A DNA stretch of 63,637 bases, counting the filler, from Licmophora abbreviata (Eukaryota), in NCBI GenBank assembly GCA_900291995.1. It is 20 parts of 20 records of this genome, joined end to end, with 100 filler letters (N's around TTAATTAATTAA, not from the genome) between each part and the next. Parts side by side here need not be neighbours in the genome. Positions count along the whole stretch, not along the records: positions 35,754 to 37,632 come from OLMU01006341.1; positions 37,733 to 39,726 come from OLMU01006343.1; positions 39,827 to 41,049 come from OLMU01006345.1; positions 41,150 to 43,193 come from OLMU01006346.1; positions 43,294 to 47,942 come from OLMU01006348.1; 15 more parts are not named here. The stretch is one strand, 5' to 3'. Positions 35,754 to 47,690 of this stretch are shown one piece after another. Both the position numbers and the translations under genes were made by a program. Within the stretch, counting starts at the first letter, position 1. Each line of letters starts with the position of its first letter. Under the pieces are notes generated by a model that was given only the letters and a program-made list of their open reading frames with translations, had not been told where the DNA came from and did not search any database.

Positions 35754-35948
35754 CGGTGCTCCTCCAAGACTGCCTAATTCTTCGTCGTTGCTGACGAGAC
35801 TACTCGTGGCCGTTGTAGTACTAGTTTCTGCAGCGAGCTCGTAGTCACCGAAGACAATCGTGTTGGACGCATTCCACTTCTTCGGTCTGCTCGACTCCAA
35901 GAACGGATCCGACATGGCTTCGTCAAAGGCAGATTCATACACAAGCAT
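35754..35948 (-). CDS. Possible 5' end of a hypothetical gene divergent from NAA20
   Basis: ATG at 35948 (MLVYESAFD) is open to the contig edge; no family recognised. Confidence 0.3.
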
Positions 35949-36221
35949 GATGAGCGATCGTACTGTAGATATGAATGTGACTGTCGATGAGGCGCCAACA
36001 ATGCGATGTGTCGAAATGATGATGCGCGTTGTGTGTGTTGCGCTTGTTCTCTTCTCTTTCGGAAGAGAGAGATGCGCGACAAAAATGGCGCGCCAAAGAT
36101 ACCTTTTTCGCGCGATCGAAACGCGCGACAAATGGAATGGGGAATCTCTGAAAAAGTGCACAATCCAAAATTCGAAACATCGAAATGTTTCACACAAAAC
36201 CCACCATCACCCACTGCGACC

Positions 36222-36841
36222 ATGACGACGTTGCGGCGCTTTACGATGGACGACTTGTTGAAATTCAACAATGTTAACCTCGATGTCTTGACGGAAACCT
36301 ACAATATGGCCTTTTATATGGATTACATGAGCCGATGGCCAGAATCCATTACAGGTGAGACGACGAAGCTGACTGACTCCCGCATGTCCCTAGTCGGCTG
36401 TCTATAATACTGACTCGGGCCTCATTGCATCTCTTTTCTCTTCAAGTCGCTGAATCTTCCAATGGTAAAATTATGGGATACATGATAGGAAAGGCCGAAG
36501 GGGAGGGAAAATTGTGGCATGGGCATGTCTCGGCTGTAACGGTAGCACCCGAGTACCGAAGACTCGGACTCGCCAAGACGCTCATGGACGATCTCGAACA
36601 CACGTGTGTCAACACCTACAACGCCTACTTTGTAGACTTGTTTGTGCGAAAGTCCAATAGACTGGCGATTGAAATGTATGAAAAGTTCGGTTACACAACC
36701 TATCGACGAGTACTGCAATACTATTCGGGGGAGGATCCAGAAGATGCACTGGATATGCGAAAGGCGCTTCCGAGAGACCGAAACAAAGAAAGTGTCGTGC
36801 CATTGGATCATCCAATACTGCCGGAGGAGCTGGAGTGGTAA
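36222..36841 (+). CDS. NAA20: N-terminal acetyltransferase B catalytic subunit
   Basis: MTTLRRF, NNVNLDVLTETY, WHGHVSAVTVAPEYRRLGLA, FVDLFVRKSN and EDALDMRK; GT-AG intron 36355-36446. Confidence 0.95.
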
Positions 36842-36950
36842 TACAAGGATGGATCGATAAGAAAAGGAATTATGTAGTTCTATTGACGAGTTCAACCTTG
36901 GATTACCATTGGTTTTATGACGTCGCCACAAATGCAATCCGTGACTCTGG

Positions 36951-37632
36951 CTACGCTTGGTCCTCAGCTTGCTGGGCATTCTCATCGTCCTCGTCTTCAC
37001 TTTCCACTTCCTCACCGACACTCAGACTGACACACCCAGCCTTGAACTCCAGTTCGACACTCTTTCCTTCCGCCGTTTGTTTGGAAGCGTTGTGCAAGTC
37101 CTCCATGTGCGCTCCATACTCGATCGTTACCAAACGATTGCAAATGACGACTTCGTCCGAACCAGCCGGGTCGGCCGCGCAAGGTTGAATTTCAACAACA
37201 GGTGATGTGACTGTATCGGCCTTAGATGGATCCGATAACTTCCATTCAAACGGAGGCGGAGGCTGTGGTGGAGTGCTCGACTCGCCTTCTCCGGCCTTCT
37301 TCCCAGTAGTTGTTGCACTTGACGAACTGCCGCCCCTGCGTACCTCAAGACTTTCCAGAATATCGTCGTCCAACAATTCCGCATCAAGAGGGCAGTGATT
37401 GAGCCATATATTGACGAGAAACGTAACTCGCTGTTCTGGCTCCGGCGTGTGCTCCAGTCTGGGTCTCTTCGGGGTCGGCTCTTTTATACTCGCATCACCG
37501 TCGTTGCCCGGGAAGAACAGCGCAGGCGCGCCATGAAGCAGCCTTCCGTCAAATGCTACATGCTTCCCAAATTTTGGTCCCGACAACCATGCCTTGTCGA
37601 TCTTCCCATTCAGCGATTGCTTGTCGATATCC
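36951..37632 (-). CDS. C-terminal part of a 2OG-Fe(II) oxygenase-like hypothetical protein
   Basis: FDGRLLHG (distal His) followed by RVTFLVNIW (Arg strand); 5'-truncated. Confidence 0.55.
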
Positions 37633-37732
37633 NNNNNNNNNNNNNNNNNNNNNNNNNNNNNNNNNNNNNNNNNNNNTTAATTAATTAANNNNNNNNNNNN
37701 NNNNNNNNNNNNNNNNNNNNNNNNNNNNNNNN

Positions 37733-39715
37733 GGGAACTTCAAAGTTTCGCGTTCGCTGTAGGTCACGCACGAAACACTTGGCGGATCTCCAATGGTAGA
37801 GAGGCACGTGAGTACACAAAAAGAACATTCGTCCTGTAGCTCCATTCAATTCCGCCAATGACTTGTGGAGAGAAGCGTGCATAGATGCATGGTGCGCCGA
37901 TCCATTGGACCGGAGACGAATATCAAGACATTCGCGGATGAGCGAAATGGAGAAGTCGTCGAGGAACTGGCACCGGTCAACGACGAAGCAGCCACGATAG
38001 CCAGCACCAATAGCCTTGTTTACAAGGAGAATGCACTCGTCGTGCGCGCGGCTCCATCGTTTGTTTACCAAGTGCTCCATCACCGTTTCTGATACCTTGC
38101 GTACGCCTTCGTTCTGATAATGCGAGAACCACGTTGCAATGGTTCGAGCCAGCTGCAAGTGTCCCGCGGCGTGATCGCACGTGTGCAGCACGGGCACGAC
38201 GGACGTGAGACCAGCAGCACGCTGGTACACGGCTTTCTTTCCAGCAAAGGGAGGACCTGTTAACAAAATGACGCCTCGTGTCTCAGAACCTTGTAGAATG
38301 TTGGTAACCTTCTCGACTGTAGTACGATGGACGTCTGCCAACGCCAGTGTCTCGAGAATCATGGTAGCACTCGACTTCGTCGAATGAGCGAGTGTAAACA
38401 CGGAGACAGGTTCCGCGGTACCCTTGAGATAGACTTCGCTTCGAGCCTTGCACATCCGAAATGCCGCCGATGAGTTGCAAAAGACGGATTTGTCAATAGC
38501 CACTTCTAGGTCGTCGTTCAAGGCGAACTGCATAAGCCGAGCGGCACGAACTACGGCAGCACCCGTGATGTCCCACCGACATGACACAGAAGCCGAACCC
38601 GTCACGCCGCAGAAGGAAGACCCCATGGCCACACCCACCGCACAGCCAACTTGTTTGGAGATGAGCTCGCTGCAAATGTCCAGGGCGAGCACGGTAGCTT
38701 CTGGCACGGACTCGTACAAGTTGATTGCAGCCACGACATGCACGCCCTTGTCGTCATCAATGATTTGAATGATCGGACAACGATACGTGTCAAGAATGCC
38801 TTGGATTTCCATCAGCCAGTTCACAGGGTTACCGCTAGACGTCTGGGCAATGAACAGAACACAGAGATTTCTCATTTGGGCAATCTGTGTTGGTGCTTGT
38901 CCACTGTGGGTGAGCAACTTCAAGACGCCTGGATGAATAAAATCTTCTTCGACAGCCTGAAGTCGTGCTCCTTCGCGATCACGAATCAACTTATCAATGT
39001 GGTCCCCGACACGCTCGTCTAGCTCGTCCGTGCACTCGAACGTCTCCATGATTCGCGCGGTGGACCGAGGCCTGGCGCGTCGATATGTTCCATACGCTCC
39101 GAGATAGTCCATCACTTGTTTGGACACGCAGACTTCTCCAGCCTTGGCCATTTCTACCAGGTCCCCGATTTCCTGCATCGGTTCCCCGCCTACCGCATGG
39201 TACAAGCGTTGCATGTGCAAATTCGTAGGCGCGACAAATATCTCGGTATCCAACTCGCCGCAGCAAAGTCCACAGTGAATCTGAAAGGCCAAATCAGTGC
39301 CCTCCACCGGATGACGCCCCGCCTGAGTCTGCATGGCCATGACGCACTGTGCAGCGCAAAACACACTCATGATCAAGTCTTCCTCTTTGTCACTGCCCGC
39401 CTCCCAAACAATCACGACGGCGTCGCCTGCAAATTTGACGACATCACCTCCATATCCCTTGGCAATCTTCAGTAGTTTATCCAAGTACGCATTGACAACG
39501 CTACTCAGGAGACTGGCCCCCCGATGCGCAAGCGTCGACGTGATTTTGGAGTAGCTACTGAGATCGACAAAGAGGGCTGCCGCCTTGCCGCTCCAACTCT
39601 GAAACGAAATATCACTCTCGCTCCTTCTTTTGGCCAAGCATCGGAAGCAGAGATCACTGACGAACGGACGAATCAAGGTTTGCCAGTCTAACGATCCCCT
39701 TCGAATCGATCGCAT
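37733..39715 (-). CDS. Class III nucleotidyl cyclase with two cyclase domains and a P-loop NTPase domain (soluble adenylyl cyclase-like), partial
   Basis: LFVDLSSYS, GGDVVKFAGDA, IHCGL, DDKG, WDITGAAVVRAARLM and LLTGPPFAGKK. Confidence 0.85.
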
Positions 39716-39826
39716 CGGCGTAATCANNNNNNNNNNNNNNNNNNNNNNNNNNNNNNNNNNNNNNNNNNNNTTAATTAATTAANNNNNNNNNNNNNNNNNN
39801 NNNNNNNNNNNNNNNNNNNNNNNNNN

Positions 39827-40917
39827 GGGGCATCATACACCACGTGCAGGGCATTGCCGCTTTTTCCTTGCACGATCGTCACGTTGGTATCCGGACTCTT
39901 TTCCTTTGCTAGTCCGGTAAGAATTGCTTCAACGGTCAGAGTATGCTGTTCTCCGTCGTTATTGGTCCATGTCATCTCCGAGGTCTTATCCTGCACTCCC
40001 ACGATACGAATTGCTTGTTTCGTACTCAACAGTTTGTTCTGATGGTAGAACACGATTTGTTCCATCTCGTTCGAAATATCGTTCCGTGGGATGAAGCCGA
40101 TACTATCTTTCGTTTGCATGGGGAGGCTGTCGCTAAGTTGCTGGCGTAGGTAAGTCGCGTGTTCGGGACGGCAATAGATCGTGAATGCGCGGGTCTTGTG
40201 ATCCTGTCCCAACCGCGCTCCGAATGTTTCCACTGCAATTTCAAATGGAGCTAATTTGCTTCCGTCCTTTTGTTCCTCCTGGTATTTGTCGTGAATCTTT
40301 TGGTGTAGTTCTTTCTCGGATCCGGACCAATCTGGGTGAACGCCGTAAATCCAGCCGGCCATCGTTGTAGTGATCATTTTGGTGCTCTTTGCCATTTTTA
40401 GCATCGTTTGGTTTTGTTGAAGCAGTTCTAGAAACTTTGTTGGCGTTCCGTTGTTCCATTTCAACTGTCCTAGTGTCTTGGTGAATCGTCCCCGGAAGAT
40501 AGCAGTGCCCAAGTGTACTCGTTGCTGGGATCGGGTGGCTTCTCTGGTCTCAACGGTCAAGTACTTTGTCAGCTGTAGTTTATCCATCTGTTGCAGGTTC
40601 GGTTTCGTGGTAATCTCGGCCGTTTGTTGGTCATGTTCATCGATTGGTAGTAGTGTCATCGTCGGATCAACTTGCCATAGGCTGGCGATCAAGGCTATGG
40701 TCGAAAGATTGTAGCACTGCCTGGGCGAATGATACTCAACGCGTAGAGTCATCACCGTGCTGCGTTTCATGACATTGGCCGATTTTGGTGTCTGGTTGAT
40801 CAAACTCTGGGGAGCTTCTCCCCACATGCCTTCCTGGGGTTGGTAACTTCCTGGAGCTTGTAACCAGGGTGGGGGCTTGCTCGCGTTGGCCATAACCGCA
40901 GCGGAGGAGAACGTCAT
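39827..40917 (-). CDS. Hypothetical protein, possibly a LINE ORF1, 3'-truncated
   Basis: Long intronless ORF with weak motif similarity to 58799..59828 (GW-hydrophobic motif followed by R/K-A-x-x-I). Confidence 0.4.
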
Positions 40918-41149
40918 GGTGGACGACGACTTGCGCAACTTTCCTCGTAGGTACCTACGTGGATTTATTACTAAAGAGCTTTGACCAATTCCGTATATTT
41001 CTACACGAAATTGTATGATCATCGTAACTAGAGACCCTGGACTTCTGTTNNNNNNNNNNNNNNNNNNNNNNNNNNNNNNNNNNNNNNNNNNNNTTAATTA
41101 ATTAANNNNNNNNNNNNNNNNNNNNNNNNNNNNNNNNNNNNNNNNNNNN

Positions 41150-43193
41150 GAAGCCAATGAACCAATCCCGATTCAACTCACAGAGGATGAGAAAACGGAA
41201 AAGAATAACGCATGGAAAGCCCACCGAGACAGAGAGACCAAGCTCATCGCTCACCGAGGAAAAGCATACTCAGTTATCCTCGGGCAGTGCACACAGATGC
41301 TGCAAGACAAGATGAAGCAAGACACGGATTGGGCAACAGTCAGTACGTCGTACGAGAATCCTTTGTTACTCTATCGCCTAATTGAGAAGACGATACTTGG
41401 ACAGACTGAGGACCAGTACCCGTTCGCGACAGTTTACGATCAGGAGATGGCGTTATACGCATTTCGCCAAGAAGCGATGACTAATGCGCAGTGGTATGAA
41501 AGATTCAATACCAAAGTGGACGTGGCCAATGCTATCGGCGTAACCCGACAGCATAAGGTGCTACTGGAGTATGTGTCACAAGAGACCTACACTTCGAGTT
41601 TTACAGCACTTACTGACGCCCAGAAGCGAACCGTTCGTAGCGACGCAGAGGAACGTTACCTCGCATACGCTTTCCTACGACAGAGTGGGAAGCAACATGC
41701 AACATTGAAGACCGATCTCCAGAATGACTTCACTACAGGAGACAATCGGTACCCCAGGGATCGGCAACAGACGCTCCACCTACTTGACAAGTACTCCAAG
41801 GCATCGACGTACAAACCGGTGCAGACAGAAGGATCATCATTTGCTCAGAAAGGCAAACAGGACAAGCGTGGTGGAAAATCCAACAATAAGAAAGGTAGTC
41901 AAGACGACTACGACAAGGCATACTGGAAGGACCGTGAATGCTACAAGTGTGGTCAGAAGGGCCACCCAGCATCCCATTGCCAGAAGGACGACGACGACTC
42001 GAAGTCTACTGGCAGTAAGGCAGATAGCATCAAGAAGCTATCTAAGGACATGAAAAGCATGAGGAAGAAGTTTTCAACAGTCAACGCACAGTTGAAACAG
42101 GTTCGTGAGAATGACTCCGACCTGTCTGAATCCGAAGACGAAGGTGAAGAAGCATCTCACTTTCAGGTCGGAGCGGAAACTACAAGCAACTTCCAGTTCA
42201 CCCAGATGGAACAGAGCTTCCAACCTTGTATTGCAGAGCTCTTTGAACAATCTAGTAAGCCGAAAGAATTGGATCTGAAAGAGATCATTCTACTTGATAG
42301 TCAATCCACGATGGATTTGATATGCAACCCAGCGCTAGTCGACAGAGTCTACAAGTCCAAGCAGAGCATGCGTCTAAGAAGTAACGGTGGATCCATGGCA
42401 GTCACAAGGAAGGCCAGGATCTCCGGATACAACCAGGAAGTGTGGTTCAGCAGCAGAGCCATCACCAATATCATCGCATTGAAGAATATCACGAAGCAGT
42501 ACCGCGTTACCTACGACAGCAACGATGGAATGTTCGTCGTTCACCGAGAATCGGCAGGTAAGCCGAACATGCAATTTAGAATGCACCCCAGTGGACTGCA
42601 CTACTTCGATCCAAGAGACGAGACCTTTATGTTCGTCACGACCGTGAGCGATAACAAAAAGAACTTCACTCAACGCCAGATCCAGAAGGCAGAAATAGCC
42701 AGGAACCTATACGCCAAGCTGAGCTACCCTTCGATGAAAGACTTCAAGTGGGTTGTTCGAAGCAACCAGATTAAGGACTGCCCGGTGACGGTCCAGGACA
42801 TTGAAGTGGCGACGAAAATATACGGCAAGGACATTGCCGCTTTGAAAGGAAAAACCACCAGGCGTAAGCCTATGCCGGTGGCAAGGGATCTAGTCAAGAT
42901 TCCTAAGGAGTTCATGAAGCTTCACAAGGAAGTGTTCATGACAGCCGATCTGTTCTTCGTCAACAAGATCGCATTCTTTTTGACACTAAGTCGTGTCATT
43001 TACTTCACGGCTGTGAATCACCTACCCGACAGGAAAGTCGAGTCAATCTTCAAGGCGTTCAAGGAGATTTACATGTACTATCTTCACCGTGGATTCCGAA
43101 TCGTCGCGGTGCACGCAGATGGCGAATTTGAGCCTCTCAAGATTCCAATTGAGACGCTACCCGGAGGACCACGAGTCAACCTGCCTCCAAGAG
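41150..43193 (+). mobile_element. Copia (CoDi-like) gag-PR-IN fragment, open across the whole contig
   Basis: ILGQC, CYKCGQKGHPASHC, LLDSQST, DCPVT, ADLFFV and HADGEF. Confidence 0.9.
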
Positions 43194-43295
43194 NNNNNNN
43201 NNNNNNNNNNNNNNNNNNNNNNNNNNNNNNNNNNNNNTTAATTAATTAANNNNNNNNNNNNNNNNNNNNNNNNNNNNNNNNNNNNNNNNNNNNAC

Positions 43296-44451
43296 TTGGC
43301 CCGTCGCCAGGCGGATGGGGTGAAGACGCCCACCAAGTACTTCGGATCGGTGGGAGTGGCGAAGCTGTTGCGCATCTGTCAGGTGGCAGACGAAGCAGCC
43401 TTGCCCTCCCTGTGGAGGGACTTAGCCAACTCGCCGAAGAAACAGGACATGCTGGTCCTTCAGCAGGCTTTCAACGCTGCCGCCCAACATGAACTAAACC
43501 TTCCGGGAAGTGACGTCCCGATCACTCCTGACATCATGACGAAAGTCCGGAACCTGTCATTCGAGATGACAAACGACGATGATCTCTCGACGGGCATCCA
43601 CTGTTTCACGTTCGGATACCAGAATGCCGTGGAGCGGGCCGCAGCCTATGAGACCATTGAGCGATACCAGCTCATGCAACAAGGGGCGGGGGCACCGAGT
43701 CTAGCCGAGGCGGCATCCTTCAACCAATCTGCAGTCAGTGGGAAGCTCCCACAGACGCTTACAGAGGCCACAATCTGCTTCACCAACACCCGGGTAGCCT
43801 TTCATGTGCTCCTGGCCAGTGAGCACCCTGTGGTACAGGCATACGACCGGTTTTGGCATGCCTGGGGAGCGAGCCAGGCGCACCTACTGAACGTGCGCAC
43901 ACGCAACCCAGGTATGCTTCCGGCGTTAGCCGTACGCTGGGTCCAGCTACGGCTGTCCTTGTGGTTCGCTCAGCAAGCCACCACCAACGCAGCGGTGGCG
44001 GCCCCTGACCTCGTTCGATTGCTGTCACGACATCCGTCTCCAGGCCCCCTGGGAGCCCACGCTTCCGGGGAATTTCTACGAGGTGCCAGCTCCGGCACCA
44101 GCGGGTACCCCGGCAGCGCCCGCGACGGGCGGCGGGAGCCGGAATCCGGCCGGGGCCGCGAACACCGGTGAGCCCCAGCGGCAGCAGCCGGTGCGGAATC
44201 CCAGTATGAATCCCGCGTTCCAACCGTCTGCAGAACAGCCACTCCGTATCATCGAGGTACTCGGTCGAGCGGGCTCGGGTAATCGGCCCCCACGCACGAG
44301 CACCGGCGAGACCTGCCTCTCTTACCACGTGAAAGGGATTTGCAACTCGGATTGCCGGCGCCGGGACGACCATCGGGTCCACACCGAGGCGGAGGATGCA
44401 GCACTCTTGGAGTGGTGCCAGCGCTGGTATGTGCCGGCAACCTCCAACTAG
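43296..44451 (+). pseudogene. Gag-like ORF with a +1 frameshift near 44025
   Basis: An extra T in CTG-T-CAC-GAC breaks the LLHDIRLQ seen in copy 1; the CCCH finger follows in the shifted frame. Confidence 0.8.
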
Positions 44452-44514
44452 GATGGAGGCGGGGGAGGGTTGCGCATATTCGCGCAGTCCACCCTGACGC
44501 CGCCCCCTGCATCC
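44449..44514 (+). promoter_or_regulatory. UAG plus stem-loop, candidate readthrough signal (copy 2)
   Basis: Stem 44467-44475 with 44482-44490, carrying compensatory and wobble changes relative to copy 1. Confidence 0.7.
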
Positions 44515-46869
44515 GCTCTGCCACCACTCGAACGTACACGAAAACGAACACACCACGAATCGATGAAACAGGGCCCTCAGGAGGCTGGTATTAACAATTT
44601 ACGTAAGTACATTTTGCAAGATACGCGTCGTCTAGCTAGGATGGGTTGGAGGTCATTGGTCAAGCAACGGCGGGGACAAGGCGATTTCGGCAACCTCGAG
44701 ATCAACCACCCTGCCAAACACCTTCTTCAGTACCTATCTACAACAGGCGCACCGGTCTTGTTCACCACGCCCCCCTGGGCGCCACATCGAATACACGCAG
44801 CTGCGATACGCGGCCCCCATCAGTCGGCCATGGAGCACGAGGAATTTCTTCGTGGAGAAATGGTCGACATGATTCTCCGTAACCAGTGGGTGGTGCTCCC
44901 GTATGATGCGGTAAAAACACTACCCGGGCTACGTCTGAGTCCAATCGGCGTCGTACCTCAACGGGACCGCCGTCCCCGTACGATCGTCGACTACACATTC
45001 CACGGTGTCAACGACGACACTGTGCGACTTGCCCCGGCCGAGGCCATGCGCTTCGGGCAGGCCTTCCAACGACTCCTTGTGGATATTGTCAATGCTGACC
45101 CACGGCATGGGCCAGTACATCTATGCAAGATTGACATCGCAGATGGGTTTTATCGGATTAACCTACGCGCCGACGATATCCCCAAGCTCGGAGTTTCCTT
45201 TCCATCCGAGATCGCGGGCGAACACTTGGTGGCATTTCCACTCGTCCTGCCCATGGGGTGGGTCAGTTCTCCGCCTTTCTTTTGTGCCGCCACCGAAACC
45301 GTCGCTGACGTGACCAATCACCTCATTGACCGCGGTCATCGACCGCTACCACATCCTTTGGACCGGCTGGCTGATTCCGAGCCACAGCCAGAGGCGGCCC
45401 AAGCACACAAACAACCGAACCACTTGACGGCCGTCCGACTTCCATCGGGTCCCACGTCGATTCCAGAACGCCGTCGCCGCCCACTCGGCCGCTTCGAAGT
45501 TTATATTGACGACTTCTGTGGTGTAGCCCAAGGTGGCCGAAAACGCCGCCGCAAGATCCGGCGTACCTTGTTCCACACCTTGGACCAAGTCTTCCGACCG
45601 GTCTCCGGTGGCGACCCGCCGTCACGACAAGAGCCAATCTCAATCAAGAAGCTTCGAAAGGGTGACGGCCACTGGGCCACGCGGAAAATCATGCTCGGGT
45701 GGCTCATCGATACTGTTGCAGGCACTGTGGAACTTCCCGCCCACCGAGTCGATCGCCTCTGGGAGCTCCTGAACTCCGTTCCCGAGCACCAACAGCGAGT
45801 CTCCGTGCAAAAGTGGCAACAACTGCTGGGCGAGCTCCGATCCATGGCTCTGGCCATTCCCGGGGCGCGCGGCATTTTTAGTCACCTACAGGACGCCCTC
45901 AATCGTCACCTCAAGGGACGCATTCGCGTCTCCAGCCACGTCCGGGCCACTCTCCGAGATTTTCGTTGGCTGGCCTCAAGTCTTGAAGCTCGCCCAACTC
46001 GCCTCCGGGAGCTGGTAGCCACACCGCCTGTGCTCCATGGTACGACAGACGCCAGCGGACACGGACAAGGAGGCATCATCTTTCCGCCGTCGGCCGATGT
46101 ACCACGCCGGCATCCAATGCATCCCGACACCCCACTGGTGTGGCGCTCCCCCTTTCCAGCCGGCATCACCAACAAGCTGGTCACCTACGACAACCCCACC
46201 GGTAGCCTCACCAACTCTGACCTTGAGCTGTCAGCTACCATCCTCCAACACGATCTCTTGGCGCACTTGTTTGACGTACGCGAGCGTACGGTCCACACTG
46301 GCACCGACAATACGCCGGCGTACTTCTGGCATCGCCGGGGATCCATCTCTACCAACGCTTCCGCCGCGTACCTCCTGCGCCTCCAAGCCTTGCACCAACG
46401 TTTCCACCGGTACATTCCTACGCACTCCTACCTCCCAGGGGTGCTTAATTCCATGGCCGATGACGCCTCCCGACTGTGGCACCTCTCTGACAACCAGTTG
46501 CTCACCCATTTTGACGCTCATTATCCACAGCGCCTTCCGTGGCAGCTTTGCCAACCCCAGTCCTCGATGCTTTCCGCGTTGACCTCCGCGCTGCTCAAGC
46601 AGCGGCCCGATCCGGCATCGTTCCTTCACGAGCCAACGCCAGCGACGCCCACTGGCGCACGTGGAGCTCCTTCTGCCAAACCCTCCACCTGGATCCTTCC
46701 CTCGCGGAGATCGAAGATCCAACTACCATCTTACAAGTCTACATGCAACGATACCGGACCGGACAGATTGCGCCCCGTCACCAGCCTGTCCGATCTCGTA
46801 CAGTGGAAGACTCCATCCGCTCCATTGGTCAAGCCTTCGCGTCCGTGGGGGCCCAAGACCCCCGCCTGA
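44452..46869 (+). CDS. RT plus RNase H (pol), copy 2
   Basis: KIDIADGFY, LPMGW, YIDDF, TDASG and ADDASR; in frame with the gag C-terminus. Confidence 0.9.
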   Translation, partial: DGGGGGLRIFAQSTLTPPPASALPPLERTRKRTHHESMKQGPQEAGINNLRKYILQDTRRLARMGWRSLVKQRRGQGDFGNLEINHPAKHLLQYLSTTGAPVLFTTPPWAPHRIHAAAIRGPHQSAMEHEEFLRGEMVDMILRNQWVVLPYDAVKTLPGLRLSPIGVVPQRDRRPRTIVDYTFHGVNDDTVRLAPAEAMRFGQAFQRLLVDIVNADPRHGPVHLCKIDIADGFYRINLRADDIPKLGVSFPSEIAGEHLVAFPLVLPMGWVSSPPFFCAATETVADVTNHLIDRGHRPLPHPLDRLADSEPQPEAAQAHKQPNHLTAVRLPSGPTSIPERRRRPLGRFEVYIDDFCGVAQGGRKRRRKIRRTLFHTLDQVFRPVSGGDPPSRQEPISIKKLRKGDGHWATRKIMLGWLIDTVAGTVELPAHRVDRLWELLNSVPEHQQRVSVQKWQQLLGELRSMALAIPGARGIFSHLQDALNRHLKGRIRVSSHVRATLRDFRWLASSLEARPTRLRELVATPPVLHGTTDASGHGQGGIIFPPSADVPRRHPMHPDTPLVWRSPFPAGITNKLVTYDNPTGSLTNSDLELSATILQHDLLAHLFDVRERTVHTGTDNTPAYFWHRRGSISTNASAAYLLRLQALHQRFHRYIPTHSYLPGVLNSMADDASRLWHLSDNQLLTHFDAHYPQRLPWQLCQPQSSMLSALTSALLKQRPDPASFLHEPTPATPTGARGAPSAKPSTWILPSRRSKIQLPSYKSTCNDTGPDRLRPVTSLSDLVQWKTPSAPLVKPSRPWGPKTPA

Positions 46870-47690
46870 ACTCCTTCGGCCACATCGACTTTCGCCTGCA
46901 ACGACAACTCGCGGGCTACAAGCGACAAGACCCACCACCCGACAGAGTCAAGCCGATTCCAATTCAGATCGTCCGCCACGTTTTGGACGTTGCCTTCATC
47001 AATGGCAACTTCCCAAGCAACCAAGCAACCGCCGACATGATCGTGCTGGCCTTCTTCTTCCTCCTGCGCCCCGGCGAATACACCGGTGCCCCGTCCAACA
47101 CGACGCCTTTCCAACTCCAGGACGTCCAGCTGTGGATCGGACGCCAACGATACCTCGCCCAATCCATCCCCGTCCAAGATCTGCCGCGCGTCACCTTCGT
47201 CACCCTCACGTTCACCACCCAGAAGAACGGTGTTCGGAACGAAGTCATCGGCCTCGGCCGCAGCGGTGAACCTCTCTTGTGCCCTGTGCTTGCTCTTACG
47301 CGTCGCATTACTCATCTTCGACACGCAGGAGCACCACTCGACACCCCACTGGCGACCTACTACGAAGCCGGTCGCCGCCATCCGGTCAAGCCCAAGGACA
47401 TCACCATCGCTCTCCGTACCAGCACCGCCATTTTGGGGCCCACCGTAGGATTCCTCCCTACTGACATCACCGCGCGCTCCCTGCGCGCAGGGGGCGCCAT
47501 GGCTCTACTATGTGCAGACGTCGATACTAGCCGCATCCGGCTCATCGGCCGCTGGCGCAGTGATGAGATGCTCCGTTACCTTCACGTCCAAGCCGAACCA
47601 CTCATGCGGGACTTTGCCCGCCCCATGCTCCAGGGCGGCACCTTTAACTTACTCCCTAACCAGACAGTCCCTATCACGCCTGTCCTTTAA
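46539..47690 (+). CDS. Tyrosine recombinase, copy 2
   Basis: 383 aa, same length and catalytic motifs as 8522..9673; overlaps pol by 331 nt. Confidence 0.9.
   Translation: MAALPTPVLDAFRVDLRAAQAAARSGIVPSRANASDAHWRTWSSFCQTLHLDPSLAEIEDPTTILQVYMQRYRTGQIAPRHQPVRSRTVEDSIRSIGQAFASVGAQDPRLNSFGHIDFRLQRQLAGYKRQDPPPDRVKPIPIQIVRHVLDVAFINGNFPSNQATADMIVLAFFFLLRPGEYTGAPSNTTPFQLQDVQLWIGRQRYLAQSIPVQDLPRVTFVTLTFTTQKNGVRNEVIGLGRSGEPLLCPVLALTRRITHLRHAGAPLDTPLATYYEAGRRHPVKPKDITIALRTSTAILGPTVGFLPTDITARSLRAGGAMALLCADVDTSRIRLIGRWRSDEMLRYLHVQAEPLMRDFARPMLQGGTFNLLPNQTVPITPVL

Noticed and set aside
35754..35948. TCTP, suggested by the MLVY start
   Set aside because: The following sequence lacks the TCTP DE..SD signature.
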